Shown: one piece after another, positions 1 to 11,469 of the stretch
Numbering within the stretch: the stretch's first letter is position 1
How the letters are laid out: each line of letters starts with the position of its first letter
From: Octopus sinensis
Taxonomy: Eukaryota
Length of the DNA: 64,000 bases
Direction of reading: 5' to 3'
Assembly (NCBI RefSeq): GCF_006345805.1
Contig: NC_043003.1
Coordinates: 31,372,001 to 31,436,000 of the forward strand
The notes under the pieces: generated by a model
Database searches by the model: none
Told to the model about the DNA's origin: nothing
What the model saw: the letters and a program-made list of their open reading frames with translations, nothing else
Made by a program: the position numbers and the translations under genes

Positions 1-140
1 CGATTTAAAAAAAAAATTACCATCATTTTTACGCATTTTTAATGATTTTTGCTCGTGTTATATAAGGGAGGTAACTCTCTAAAAATGCTTGTATAGTTAT
101 TTCCCTTACAAACCCGAGCAACACCCGGCGATACTGCTAG
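1..140 (+). mobile_element. Non-autonomous Helitron 3' end, truncated by the window edge
   Basis: Ends ...ACCCGAGCAACACCCGGCGATACTGCTAG|T (subterminal GC-rich hairpin, CTAG end, following T). Closely matches 2500-2678. Confidence 0.7.
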
Positions 141-154
141 TACATATATATATG

Positions 155-312
155 ACGGGCTTCTTTTAGTTTCTGTCTACCAAATTCACTCACACGGCTT
201 TGGTCGGCCCGAAGCTATAGTAGAAGACACTTGCCCAAGGTGCTACGCAGTGGGACTGAAACCGGAATCATGTGGTTAGTAAGCAAGCTACTTACCACAC
301 AGCCACCCCTAC
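155..312 (-). mobile_element. tRNA-derived SINE family A (CORE-like), 5' part
   Basis: Reverse complement matches the head and core of 9889-10060; A/B-box-like motifs and CTTGGGCAAGTGTCTTC. Confidence 0.8.
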
Positions 313-339
313 TTACATATATTCATACATATACATACA

Positions 340-497
340 ATTGATTTCTTTCAGTTTCTGTCTACAAAATCCACTAACAAGGCTTTGGTTGGTCTGAGGC
401 TATAGTAGAAGACACATGCCAAGTTACCACACAGTGGGACTGAACTGAGGACCATGTGTTTTGGAACCAAGTTTGTTACCACACAGTCACACCTGCA
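340..497 (-). mobile_element. SINE family A, diverged 5' part
   Basis: Diverged tandem neighbour of 155-312. Confidence 0.7.
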
Positions 498-698
498 TTT
501 ATGTATATGTTTGTGTGTGTGGGGGGATCGGTGTGTGTGTATGTGTATATATATATGTATGTATATATATATATGTATATATATATGTATATATATGTGT
601 ACATATTACATCTATATATACATGTTGACATACATGTTTACATATACATGTATATCTATAGAAATACATCTATACATATACATGTATACATATACATC

Positions 699-991
699 TA
701 TATTAGAAGAAATGAGGTACTCAGAAGATCGGATGGTTTATATTTACAGACATTTATTTATATATTACATTTTTTATATATATATCATATCACTTAGATC
801 ATTAGCGCTTTCTCCCATTCTAGTGGGGTTTTCAAATCAAACTAAGTTCCTGTGTGGGAAACCCCACTAGAATGGGAGAAAGCTCTAATGATCTAAGTGA
901 TATGATATATATATATAAAATGTAATATATAAATAAATATCTGTAAATATAAACCATCCGATCTTCTGAGTACCTCATTTCTTCTAATATA
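699..991. repeat. Fold-back inverted repeat, ~133-bp arms and 27-nt loop
   Basis: 699-831 is the near-perfect reverse complement of 859-991; the same peptide (ILEEMRYSEDRMVYIY) appears in the ORF track on both strands. Confidence 0.95.
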
Positions 992-1961
992 TAATACCTG
1001 TACATCATCTCCAAACCTTCCAATACATATACATATATATATATGCTTCTTTCTCTTATTATAAAAGGCAGATTTTATCTGCCTCCCTTTGTAACTTATA
1101 GAAATCTACAATATAGGATTTCTTCAATTACAATTTACCTAGCATTTTTAAGAGTAGAATGCATCGGGTCATGCCAGGTCCAGTTTTTAAAATTTAAACT
1201 CCAATTAAGCAAAATTTACAGAAAACTCACATTCTGGTGTGTATGTCAAATGCTTTTCTTAATGTGGTTTACACCACACGCACACGCACACACACAGTGT
1301 GCAACGAATAAAATGAAAGTAAATAGCGACAGAGTGATTTGAGGAAGACTAAACTGAAAGTATTTAAACCACTACTCAAAAAATAAAAAAACACAGAAAA
1401 CAGAAACAAATAAATACATAACGATTTACTCCTCACACAATTTCTTCAATTAGAGTGTACCCATGATTTTTCAGAGTACTTCAGTGGGTGATGCCATAAA
1501 AAATTTCATTCAATTTTACCACCAATTAAGACAAAATTCGAGAAAACTCAATATTTTAACATATCACTCCGAAAGCATTGATGTACATGTGTGCATGCGT
1601 GAGTGTGTGTGTGTCATTCCTCACACACACGCATACACATACATATATGAGAGTCGCAAACACAAACGTTTCAAACAACTACATACAAACACGTGTGTGT
1701 TTGTTATTAGTAAAAAAGGCGCCAAAACACAACTCACTTATCATTCCAACACATTTGCAAAGACACACGGACGGTGGAATTGCTATAACAATACAGAAAA
1801 GGTAAATTGGTTTTTATTCTACTCTGTATATTTTTATTATATAATATTATATAGATATATGTATATATAATTGCAGTATGAAACAGTGTTTATGTATAAA
1901 CAGACGACACTTATATATAGTTATTATAATAAGAGATTAATAAATGTATGCATCCGTTTAA

Positions 1962-2270
1962 CCCTTTCGTTACCAAACCGCCCGAATTTACCTATTCATA
2001 TTTAAATGAGAATATCAGAGCAAATCTCTTTAGTACATTCGTGAAAACACGTATTATACTTCGTAAACACTTCAACTACAGTTTTGTACAAAAATCGAAG
2101 TGTAATTTTCATTCCGTGAATTATGGAGATTTTTTTCCGAAATTTGTTCCTATTGTGTTTTCAAAATTTGTAATTCTGACAAAAAATGGATACGAATTTC
2201 ATTATATCAAGCAGCGAGTCAGAATTCGAAGGATTTTCTACTGAAGACCTTCATAAATCTAACTCTATGA
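1962..2270 (+). mobile_element. Possible piggyBac-like or MITE end fragment
   Basis: TTAA followed by CCCTTTCGTTACC (TTAA|CCC is the piggyBac end signature); no matching opposite end found. Confidence 0.3.
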
Positions 2271-2285
2271 CTGAAAAAAAAAGCA

Positions 2286-2677
2286 TCTTTATATAAGAGT
2301 GAAGTTGTGTGTCTGTCTCCTACGATTTAGATTCGTAACTACTCCCACATTTTGGCGGTGCAGTTTAACCAAAAGCGGGTATCTTATAGTCGTGATTCAT
2401 ATCGAGCCCTTCTGGGTATTAGCGCGCGTCTGCGATGAGTCTACGATTTAAAAAAAATTTACCATCATATTTTTTCCATTTTAATGCATTTTTTCGCTTT
2501 TATATAAGGGAAGTAACTCTCTAAAAATATCTACGATGTGTCAACGATTTAAAAAAATTTACCTTAATTTTTTTCAATTTTTAATGCATCTTTTTGCTAT
2601 ATTTTGGCTATAACTCTCTAAAAATGCTTATATAGTTATTTCCCTTACAACCCGAGCAACGCCGGGCGATACTGCTA

Positions 2678-2678
<1 letters not shown>
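2286..2678 (+). mobile_element. Complete non-autonomous Helitron (393 bp)
   Basis: A|TC start, CCCGAGCAACGCCGGG hairpin, CTAG|T end, inserted in an AT dinucleotide with no TSD; internal ~110-bp subrepeat; related copies at 1-140 and 31965-32521. Confidence 0.85.
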
Positions 2679-2731
<53 letters not shown>

Positions 2732-2739
2732 CATACAAT

Positions 2740-2990
2740 AGAGAATGCTTTTGTTTCACTTTTAACACGTAATACTGAAATAATTGAGAAAATGTGATAT
2801 TGCTGTGGGCTCGCCCTAGGCAAGAAGTTAAACATTTTTTTGCCCATGACACTACATGGACCCTAAGTAAGGCATGTGTGAAATTTGAATGAAATTGGTT
2901 GTGTAGTTCTCAAGTTTTAGGGATTCACACAGACAGACAGACACACATTCTCAGTTATATATATATATTATATATATATAGATATATATC
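2740..2990 (-). mobile_element. Helitron-like (HINE/DINE-1-type) 5' fragment
   Basis: Minus strand reads TATATAACTGAGAATGTGTGTCTGTCTGTCTGTGTGAATCCCTAAAACTTGAGAACT..., the 5' layout with (GTCT)n seen in such elements. Confidence 0.45.
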
Positions 2991-3831
2991 AACACACATA
3001 CACAAACACGCATCATGTACACATGAGTAATGAAAGAAGTTCGTAAATGTGAGATGGAAACAGAATGAGATAGAATGAATAAGAAAAAGTGAAAGAGATA
3101 ATGAAAGAGGGAGAGAGAGAAAGAGAGAGAGAGAGAAAAGAAAGGGAGAGCGAGATAGATAGATAGATAGAGAAATTACAGATGTATGATGAAATTATTT
3201 TGTTCTCATTGCTCTCAGCATTATACGTACAATATTTACGACACATTTTCTACGTAGTGTGTTATATGGAATTGTGGAAACTACTAAATTGAAGACGAAA
3301 TACGAAGTGATTATTATTGGAAATAAGACTAGTCGTTACAGCGTTGTGAACGAATATATCAAGAATATATTATTAGCGATACTCCAATATCTAAGAAGCG
3401 TTTTCAAGGACAATACAACACGAATTAATATATATGTCTTTACACCTTACACGCAAATGTTTGTATTGAAAATAATATTTCATTGAATTCAAGGAGACAA
3501 ATGGCAGAAGTGTGAAAATGAAGAATTTTTCCATCCGGATATATTGTTAGTTTTGATGTTTAATCTATACATACATCTATAAACATACACACAAGAACAC
3601 ACCCACATAAGCGCTCACGCACATTGATCTTATTATATGTGTTCATCGATATGAGGTACCCACACGCACATATATTTTTCATTCAGAGAATGGCGTTGAG
3701 AAGACTTGTGTATCTTTCGAATTCCGAAACAATCACTCAAGTCTTATAAGTGCTATCCTCTGAATAACTCTCTACTAACGTGTTATTGAATGCTTTGTTT
3801 TGAATTGTGGTTCTTGCGATCTTTAACAGGA

Positions 3832-3891
<60 letters not shown>

Positions 3892-3892
<1 letters not shown>

Positions 3893-4075
3893 TTTATTCA
3901 AAAGCGGCAGAAATATAACAAAAGCTGTTACTCGGAGTTTCACGTTCCCGTCCGACGAACGGGAACGTGAAACTCTGAGTAACAGCTTTTGTTATATTTC
4001 TGATGCTTTTAAATAAAGCATATAAATCTACTGGTATTTGAGTACTCTTTTTTCCACATTTATGTGCTTACTCCG

Positions 4076-4080
<5 letters not shown>
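3892..4080 (+). mobile_element. Fold-back Penelope-like terminal fragment with hammerhead-like motif
   Basis: 59-bp arms (3892-3950 / 3960-4018) and 9-nt loop; flanked by (AT)n; related copy at 39080-39226. Confidence 0.6.
3948..3985 (+). ncRNA. Type I hammerhead variant (core CCGACGA)
   Basis: CCGACGA-acg(ggaa)cgt-GAAAC-tctga-GTA-acag; helix I imperfect (3/4 bp). Confidence 0.5.
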
Positions 4081-4104
<24 letters not shown>

Positions 4105-4119
<15 letters not shown>

Positions 4120-4275
4120 CCATCTCACATACATATTTAACCATCTCATATGGTCTCTGATGAAGGGATGTCCATAATATCCCAGAAACAGCTATAAGAC
4201 TATATCTATGCCTCTTTCCTTGTAAATGCCCTGAGAACTCACAGCCTTGGCTTTGTCATCTCATTTTGTCATATA
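4105..4275 (+). mobile_element. Penelope-like terminal repeat fragment
   Basis: (TA)n-flanked; homologous to 16735-16860 (minus), which lies downstream of a GIY-YIG relic; contains a hammerhead motif. Confidence 0.6.
4151..4202 (+). ncRNA. Minimal type I hammerhead ribozyme motif with one helix III mismatch
   Basis: tggtct-CTGATGA-a-gggat(9 nt)atccc-a-GAAA-c-agct-a-TA-agacta; helix I 6 bp, helix II 5 bp. Confidence 0.65.
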
Positions 4276-4291
4276 TATATATATATATATA

Positions 4292-4980
4292 TAGGATGTT
4301 CCAAAAGTCACTGATGGGTTTCAATTTTTCATAACTTCCTTAACTTTACAAATGAATGTGTAAAAATTTGATACAATATAAAGGATATAATGAAAATTAA
4401 CATGCACAAGTCAAATTATGCAACACCGCTACATCATATGTGAAAAATGGGATCGCTTAAATGTCAGCCATTTTCGGCTTTGCACACACTTACACCAAAA
4501 CACCTTCAAGAGTTTCAGACCCCACATCTCAGATTTCTCTATTGATGCTCTCCTTCACTTGGACCAGGGTCTCCGGTTTGTTGGCGTAAACCCTCTCTTT
4601 CAGGTAACCCCTTAAGGAAAAAATCCGGGCTTGTCAAGTCTGGGGAACGTGAAGGCCGTTCAAAGTAGATCTCACACATAGTTCCAACAAGATGGGGCAA
4701 TTACTCATACCGCAAGAGAAACGATGTAGTTGCTACAGCAGTGCTTTGGGGAGAGAATAATCTCCCGCTATGGCAATGGCAACTGGCCTTCACATTCCCC
4801 AGACTTGACTAGCCTAGATTTTTTCTTGTGGGGAATCCTGAAAGAGAGGATTTACGTCAACAAATCGGAGATCCTAGAGCAACTAAAGGAGAACATCAAT
4901 AGTGAAATCAGAGAAGTGGGGTCTGAAATTCTTGAGGGTGTTACGGTGCATGTTTTGGAAAGAGAACCAACTTAGATTCA
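4292..4980. mobile_element. Tc1/mariner-family relic with the transposase C-terminus in two inverted copies
   Basis: Plus: WPSHSPDLTSLDFFLWGILKERIY. The minus strand carries a frameshifted homolog of the same region, running to a TIR-like end at ~4292. Confidence 0.75.
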
Positions 4981-4994
4981 CACATAATTACGAT

Positions 4995-5835
4995 TGGGGT
5001 AGTTAGACTTCAGCCAAGGCAAAACCTTATACCGCAGGACTTTATAATAAATTTCAGACCCCACTTTTTACCCAGACTTGAAAAAATGGAGAGGCATTTT
5101 TTTTTCCGACAGAAGCCACGACTCCGGGTACCATGATTTGAGCTGGGTGTTTGATCCTAAAGACGCTCTTTACTTCAGAAGGGGACTTAGCAATGTATCG
5201 ATCATTGCGACGGTTTAAAACAACACCACCAGTAAAGATTTTTTCACCTGAAAAGATTTTGACAGTTTGTCCATTCTGTTGCAGGTATCGCAACACTTTT
5301 TTGGCCCTTTCATGCCTTCTGACTATCATTGCATGGGTCAATAGGTGTCTCAGGGTCCTCATGTATGACCCCCAACTATATATCAGCGTGTACAGCAGTT
5401 CTGATGGTTATTTGATCAACCTTCATGTTCATGGACAGTTTTCTCATGTTGAATCTTTCGAAATTTCGGTTTTGAGAGATTTGAGAAATGCATTATCCCG
5501 TTTTTAATTTATGCCTCCACTTCTTTGCTTTCTTTTGATGCCCCCTATATACAGCATTCAGTTCTTAATGTTGTAGACAGTGCTTACGGAAGCCCCAGCA
5601 GTCTCAACAATATGTCCAATTGCAACCACCGCACGAAGCAAATCTGCAATGCGTTGTCTCTTCGCTTCTTCTTGGGTGAACATGCTAGACTGTATGACTG
5701 AAACTTCTGCTTAACTCAACTCTCTATACATCCACCCTGAAATTAAAAAAAGCAACAATATTTTAGTATTTATGCTAAGGAATATATGAAAAGTAAGACT
5801 TCCAATATATACCAAGTTTTGCTTCTCCACCCTGT
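4995..5835 (-). mobile_element. Degenerate Tc1/mariner element (maT/DD37D-like), 5' two-thirds
   Basis: TA-CAGGGTG terminal motif at ~5830; ATG at 5683; FSGEKIFT..LNRRNDRY..KHPAQIMV.GVVAS; stops and frameshifts. Confidence 0.75.
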
Positions 5836-7257
5836 ATACATACATACATGCACACATATATATGTGTATATGTTACTGCTGTACGAGTGTGTGTATACGT
5901 ACATATGCATATATGCATAATTGAAGGGTAGCGATAAAATAGTCCAGGCGTTTACCTCGACAAACACTTCCACGGACAGTGGCTATCTCAAACTTTCGAA
6001 AGAGGAATATCCCCCACCTCCAGCAGAAAACTGTTGATGTTCTAGTTCCATTGTAGAGTGTGAATGATATATAACTATGTTTATAGATCAATCCTCCAGG
6101 TTATTAAACAAAATACTAACAAGAAATTGAAAAATAATATACATAATGCAAACGCAGAAGAGAAAACAACGAAACCAAGTAAAATACCACAACCAAAACA
6201 CAAAGCCCATCAAGCAAACATCAACAGGAAAATAAGTCATAAACAGAGACAAATCTAGTTTTTAACGTCAGGACAAGAAACACTGGAAAAAGAAAAAAAT
6301 CTGGGATACAAAACCGTGAATCTTAGTCTGGTTTTAATTTCAAGTTTCGTTTGAACGTACATCTAAATCAGATAAATTCTATTTTTAGTAAGAACAATGA
6401 TCAGTTTTACTAAGATAAAAGAAAATAAAGCAACCGAGGAAAAATTTCATAACCCATAAATTGTAGATTCAGTTGCGGTAATATTTGAACTGTAGTCTAA
6501 TATAGACTATCGCTAAAAGAGAACAGACAGAAAAAACTTTTGTGCTCTCTGGTTATTTCGATAGTCTAGACGGGTAATGATTTCTTTTTGACTACAAACA
6601 TGATTAATTTCGCAGACTAATTAACGTAAATCTATTATGTGTTGTATGGATGACACGTGAAATGAATGCCGACTTTTATTAAACTTAATACTATTACTCG
6701 TTGACTATCAACACTAAAAATCTATCCATTTTCACCGTACTATATTGATTTCATTTATTATATCAAGGTAGGGAAGTGAGGTGTTTGTTTGTAGATGTTG
6801 ATTTTATGAGGAGAAATAAGCAATGTAAATTAAATTTACGCAGTGAGTGTAGTTAGAACTGAAACCACGGTCTAGGTTTGTCAAAAGCTTGTCTTTGCTA
6901 TATGACGTCTCGTCAATGCATCGGATCTGTCGACATTCTGCCAGTTCTCCGCTAACAATACTGCATTCACTATTCCCATATATATGATATGGTTTAAAAG
7001 CATGCCAGTAATAATGCACTTGGTCCTTTTGCTAACTTTATTACTGTGTTTATTTGCCCTTTGGGAAGCTGTAGAGATGAGGTAGTTTCAATTCCTAATT
7101 GAGCCATAATAATGTATCTTCTGATTGTTTGAGACAATTAATTTTGTCATTTGCAAACTCTATTTCAAATTCTTTAAGCTGTAACGGAGGAATAGACTGC
7201 ATCTTTGGCATTATGCTGGACTTCAGTTTTTTTTCTTTCTTTATGAAAAAAGTTTTT

Positions 7258-7490
7258 CAGGTGGCGAGCTGGCAGAATAGTTAGCACACTGGCAAAATGC
7301 TTAGTAGTGTTTCGTCCGTCTTTTACGTTCTGTATTGAAATATCACCTAAGTAGACTTTGCCATTCAACCTTTCTGGGTTGCTAAAATAAGTTCCAGTTA
7401 AGCACTTGGATCTATGTACTCGACAAACTCTCTTCCTCGAAATCACCGGCCTTGTAATAAAATTTGAAACTATTATTATGGAACCAATTT
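7258..7490 (+). mobile_element. SINE family B, diverged, with (ATT)n-type tail
   Basis: GGCGAGCTGGCAGAA head and core similar to 14948-15120; tail GGCCTTG..AAAATTTGAAACTATTATT. Confidence 0.7.
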
Positions 7491-7494
7491 GGAA

Positions 7495-7700
7495 TTAAAT
7501 ATTTCTACATTAGGCTCAAGTCCTCGCATTTTTGAAGTAATTGAGTCGATTCAATAAACCCCGCTATTTGACTGGGTGGCTTTAATTGATACTGGGTAAG
7601 TAAAAGAAAATGTCATCCTCGATGGGATTTGAACTCAGAATACCTAGGGATGTGCCTAAATACTGCAAGTTTTTGTTTTGTTCATGCACCATGCTATCTA
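7495..7700 (-). mobile_element. SINE family B, highly diverged
   Basis: GGATTTGAACTCAGAA (reverse B-box region) plus a degenerate core. Confidence 0.45.
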
Positions 7701-8539
7701 CTGGAATTAATGAAAGTAGTATCTTTATAGCGAGTGAGGTATCGATTTTTAATTTAACAGATCATCGATTCAATTGCACCATCATCATCTTTGATCTTAA
7801 TTTTCCCTTTATCGGTGAGAGTTGAGTCTTATAAGGAGGCAAATATTCTCCTTTTCAACCACCACCTGAATCTAGGAAAAAAATTGTTAAATCGACCGCA
7901 CTCATTAGTTTGCTGTATCATTTGAAAGAGCGATAATATAGCAGATATTTTGCTTGTTAATTAAAGCCCCTTCAGAGAGTGCAAACGTTTGTAGTCGTAG
8001 AACGTATGGAATCTTTCTTGTCGGAAGATAAGGAGTTCGTATTACGCCTATAGTACTACGGTAATTTTTGTACTCTGTACGGAAGACTCTGAATTACTAA
8101 AATGTATTTCACTTCGCAAAAAAATCTCAAAACACAAATAGGAAAACTAGCTAACAAAGGAATCTCTACATGATCGCTCGACCAACTAAATATAACGGAG
8201 AAATTACTCTCAATTCGCATATCTTTACGTCTCTTAAAAAAAATAATAAATAAAGCGACAAAAACATTAAGTGGAGTAGATCAAAATACACATTGGCATT
8301 GCCATAAAGAGAATCATCAAATATAACCTAGCGGTTGAACGGAAATTACAATAGAAAGAAATTCACATAAAATTGAATTATGTAACAAAAACAAACGACT
8401 TAGTGTTGAAACACTGAAGATCTAGAACAGTTGCTGTCATATTTTAATGATCAAATTTGTACCTCACCTCCTGATAGTCTCGGGGAAATGGAAGAATACC
8501 ATATAAGTTTGTTCGTACTTATATACATATCTTCTATCT

Positions 8540-8937
8540 TTTACTTGTTTCAGTCATTAAACTGCGGTCATGCTAGGGCATCGCCTTGACGAATATCTAG
8601 TCGAATATATAGACCTCAGTACTTTTGTTTTAAAAGTCTGTACTTGTTCTATCGGTCTCTCTTACCGAACCGCTAGCTTACGGGGACGTAAACACATTAG
8701 CGCCGGTTGTCAAGCGGTGGTACACGCACACATACACACACACACATATATATACATATATACACCGAGCTTCTTTCAGTTTCCGTCTACAAAGCTTTGG
8801 TCAGCCCAAAGCTTTCCACTCACAAAGTTTTGGTCAGCCCTAGGCTATCGTAGGAGGCACTTGACCAAGGTGGTATGCACTGGGATTACCTAGAACCATG
8901 TAGCTGGGAAGCAAGCATCTTGCCACACCTGCGCCTC
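8540..8937 (-). mobile_element. SINE family A, near full length
   Basis: Reverse complement of the head, core and tail of 9889-10300. Confidence 0.8.
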
Positions 8938-8985
<48 letters not shown>

Positions 8986-9734
8986 TATATGTATAATTCT
9001 TGTTTGGAACAGTGTCTTTCGAAGCACGCATACAATAATTCTTTTGGATAGTAGAAGTCCACTTTTTCTACCTAAAACGGTTTTTTCAATCAAATATTTG
9101 CAAACTATTATATATAGCTTTTCGTGTGCTTCGAGATTCCCAGCCCTGAAAAAGAATTATTTCGCGTCCTTCCAGATCCCATGGCCTGAGAAAGAATTAT
9201 TTCTTTTATAAGATTCTTTTGACGTCGAAAATATACATGTACGTATATACGGCTGGGTGATTTTTATGTATTGAATATCACATTGAGAACGATGTAGGAG
9301 AAAGTCAAAAACTCAGAGGAAAAATATACAATGAACGTGGAATCAGTTTAGCGCTGGAAGACAAGTATTTGAAAAGTGGATGGAATATATTTAAAGTGAA
9401 GAGTGTCTTGACGATCAGAACTTTAAACGTTTTTCAGAAAAGAAAAGAGACGCACTGGGAAAAAGAAAGTGCGGGTGTGAAATAGAAGTTGAAATATATA
9501 TATATATATACATACAATTTAAAAATAGGATAAAATCTTCATAAGAATTTATCAAGCAGTTAGCGTGAAAAACTGCACCGATTACGAAATTCACAGTGTG
9601 ATATGCGGCTAAATTCTGTTTTTAAATGACCTGCTTCGAGAATTGGTTTCGATACGATGTGTTTATTTATTTTAGTAGTTTTGACTTTAAGAGTCCCCCC
9701 CTAGCGTGTGACATCTATGTGTGATAGTGCCCTC

Positions 9735-9750
9735 TATATAATATATTATA

Positions 9751-9792
<42 letters not shown>

Positions 9793-9801
9793 TATATATA
9801 T

Positions 9802-9861
<60 letters not shown>

Positions 9862-9888
9862 ATATATATATATATATATATATATTAT
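9735..9888. repeat. (TA)n microsatellite, representative of dozens in the window
   Basis: Directly visible dinucleotide run. Confidence 0.95.
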
Positions 9889-10300
9889 AGGCGCAGGAGT
9901 GGGTGAGTGGTAAGTAGCTTGCTAACCAACCACATGGTTCCGGGTTCAGTCCCACTGCGTGGCATCTTGGGCAAGTGTCTTCTGCTATAGCCCCGGGCCG
10001 ACCAATGCCTTGTGAGTGGATTTGGTAGACGGAAACTGAAAGAAGCCTGTTGTATATATGTATATATATATAAGTGTGTGTGTATATGTTTGTGTGTCTG
10101 TGTTTGTCCCCCTAGCATTGCTTGACAACCGATGCTGGTGTGTTTACGTCCCCGTCACTTAGCGGTTCGGCAAAAGAGACCAATAGAATAAGTACTGGGC
10201 TTACAAAGAATAAGTCCCGGGGTCGATTTGCTCGACTAAAGGCGGTGCTCCAGCATGGCCGCAGTCAAATGACTGAAACAAGTAAAAAAAAAAGAGTAAA
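9889..10300 (+). mobile_element. SINE family A, full length (tRNA-derived head, CORE-like segment, internal microsatellite, hairpin tail)
   Basis: A/B-box-like head (GGTTCAGTCCC), CTTGGGCAAGTG, tail GGCGGTGCTCCAGCATGGCCGCAGTCAAATGACTGAAACAAGTAAAA; more than 8 related copies in the window. Confidence 0.85.
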
Positions 10301-10319
10301 ATAGTATATATATATATAA

Positions 10320-10560
10320 AGTATGCTGGTGGAATCATAAAGAGATGGTGTAGGCGTGTGTATTGGTCGGGTTTAGGTATGTATATAAAAGTGTGTATGT
10401 AAGTTATGTTAAGTTGGTTAGAGAGTTTTTGGAATGATGTCGGTTACTGGGTAATTTTTACGTTAAGTAGTTTATGTGGCTCTGTGGCCACTCGAGCGCA
10501 TGCGTGGTGTATGACTAATTGTGTCATGATGGTGGTGTTACGTTGGTAGAGATGCAAGCA
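10320..10560 (-). pseudogene. Possible highly decayed Penelope endonuclease C-terminus
   Basis: CLHLYQ...HKLLNVK loosely parallels the CKLYLNE...LLNKHNE of 17855-18200; weak. Confidence 0.25.
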
Positions 10561-10880
10561 ACTGTGCAATATAAATGGCGTTATTTGTGTGTGCATGTGC
10601 CTAACTCAAAAGCGTGTTATATGTATGTGTGTACGTATGCTTGTGAGTGTGTGTATGTTATGTAAAGAGGCATATGCTTGTAATGCTGAATAGTATGCGC
10701 GCTTTTGTATGTGTGTGTGTGTGAATGGGGTGTGCGTGAGTATGTGTACTCAGTGTGAATGGATATGATTAATGTTGTAGATAATAAATAGTGTAACACA
10801 ATAAATCACGAACTCGCACAAAGGACGCATACATATACACACACAAATATATACTTACATTCTTATGTATGTGTATGTGC

Positions 10881-10912
<32 letters not shown>

Positions 10913-11469
10913 ATTAATATGTTGTATTACTGTGTGTTCATGCATGTTTGTATGTTTGTGTATGCATGCATATTGTGACAGCGCCACCATGAATGTGTCT
11001 CCTTAAGTAAAATAAAACTATCTTTGGTGATCAAGTCGGGACATTAGTGGTGATTATCGTCTCGAATTATGGGGTAAAAAGAGGGAATGAGAATCGGTAC
11101 ATGGTGTAAGTAGTTGGTGTATGTGCGCATGTATACCCTGCCATATGTGTGTGTCTTTGCTTGTATTAGTGTATCAATTTATTACTGTGCATGTGTGCTC
11201 ATCAGACTCGTAGAAATGACTCGTATGTGTATAACGCTTACCTCTAACTGGATGTTTATGCATTCTTAACTCTAATGCATGATAAATTACAAGTGTTTGT
11301 GTGTGTGTGTCCTTTGGCGTACGATATTTTTTGAGTAGGCGTAGGTACGTTTATGTTAGTGTGTTAGTGCATGCGTGTATCGTGTTGATATAATATGTGC
11401 AATTTTATTGTGTTAATGCATATATGTGAGCATTTTTATGTGTGTGTATGCATGTGTGTAATGCCCCAC

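Noticed and set aside
830-870. Hammerhead in the 699-991 hairpin
   Set aside because: GAAAC is present but there is no CUGANGA core or helix pairing.
6800-7210. Possible host exon(s) on the minus strand in non-repetitive sequence
   Set aside because: Every frame hits stops within ~40-70 codons, with no recognisable domain or convincing splice pair; RNA-seq or BLASTx would be needed.
7760-7875. Acceptor-like TTTTTTTCCTAG on the minus strand
   Set aside because: All three downstream frames close quickly and no partner exon was found.
9889-9960. tRNA gene calls for SINE heads (also 14948, 32420 and 58147)
   Set aside because: They show only A/B-box similarity, no complete cloverleaf, and run into SINE cores.
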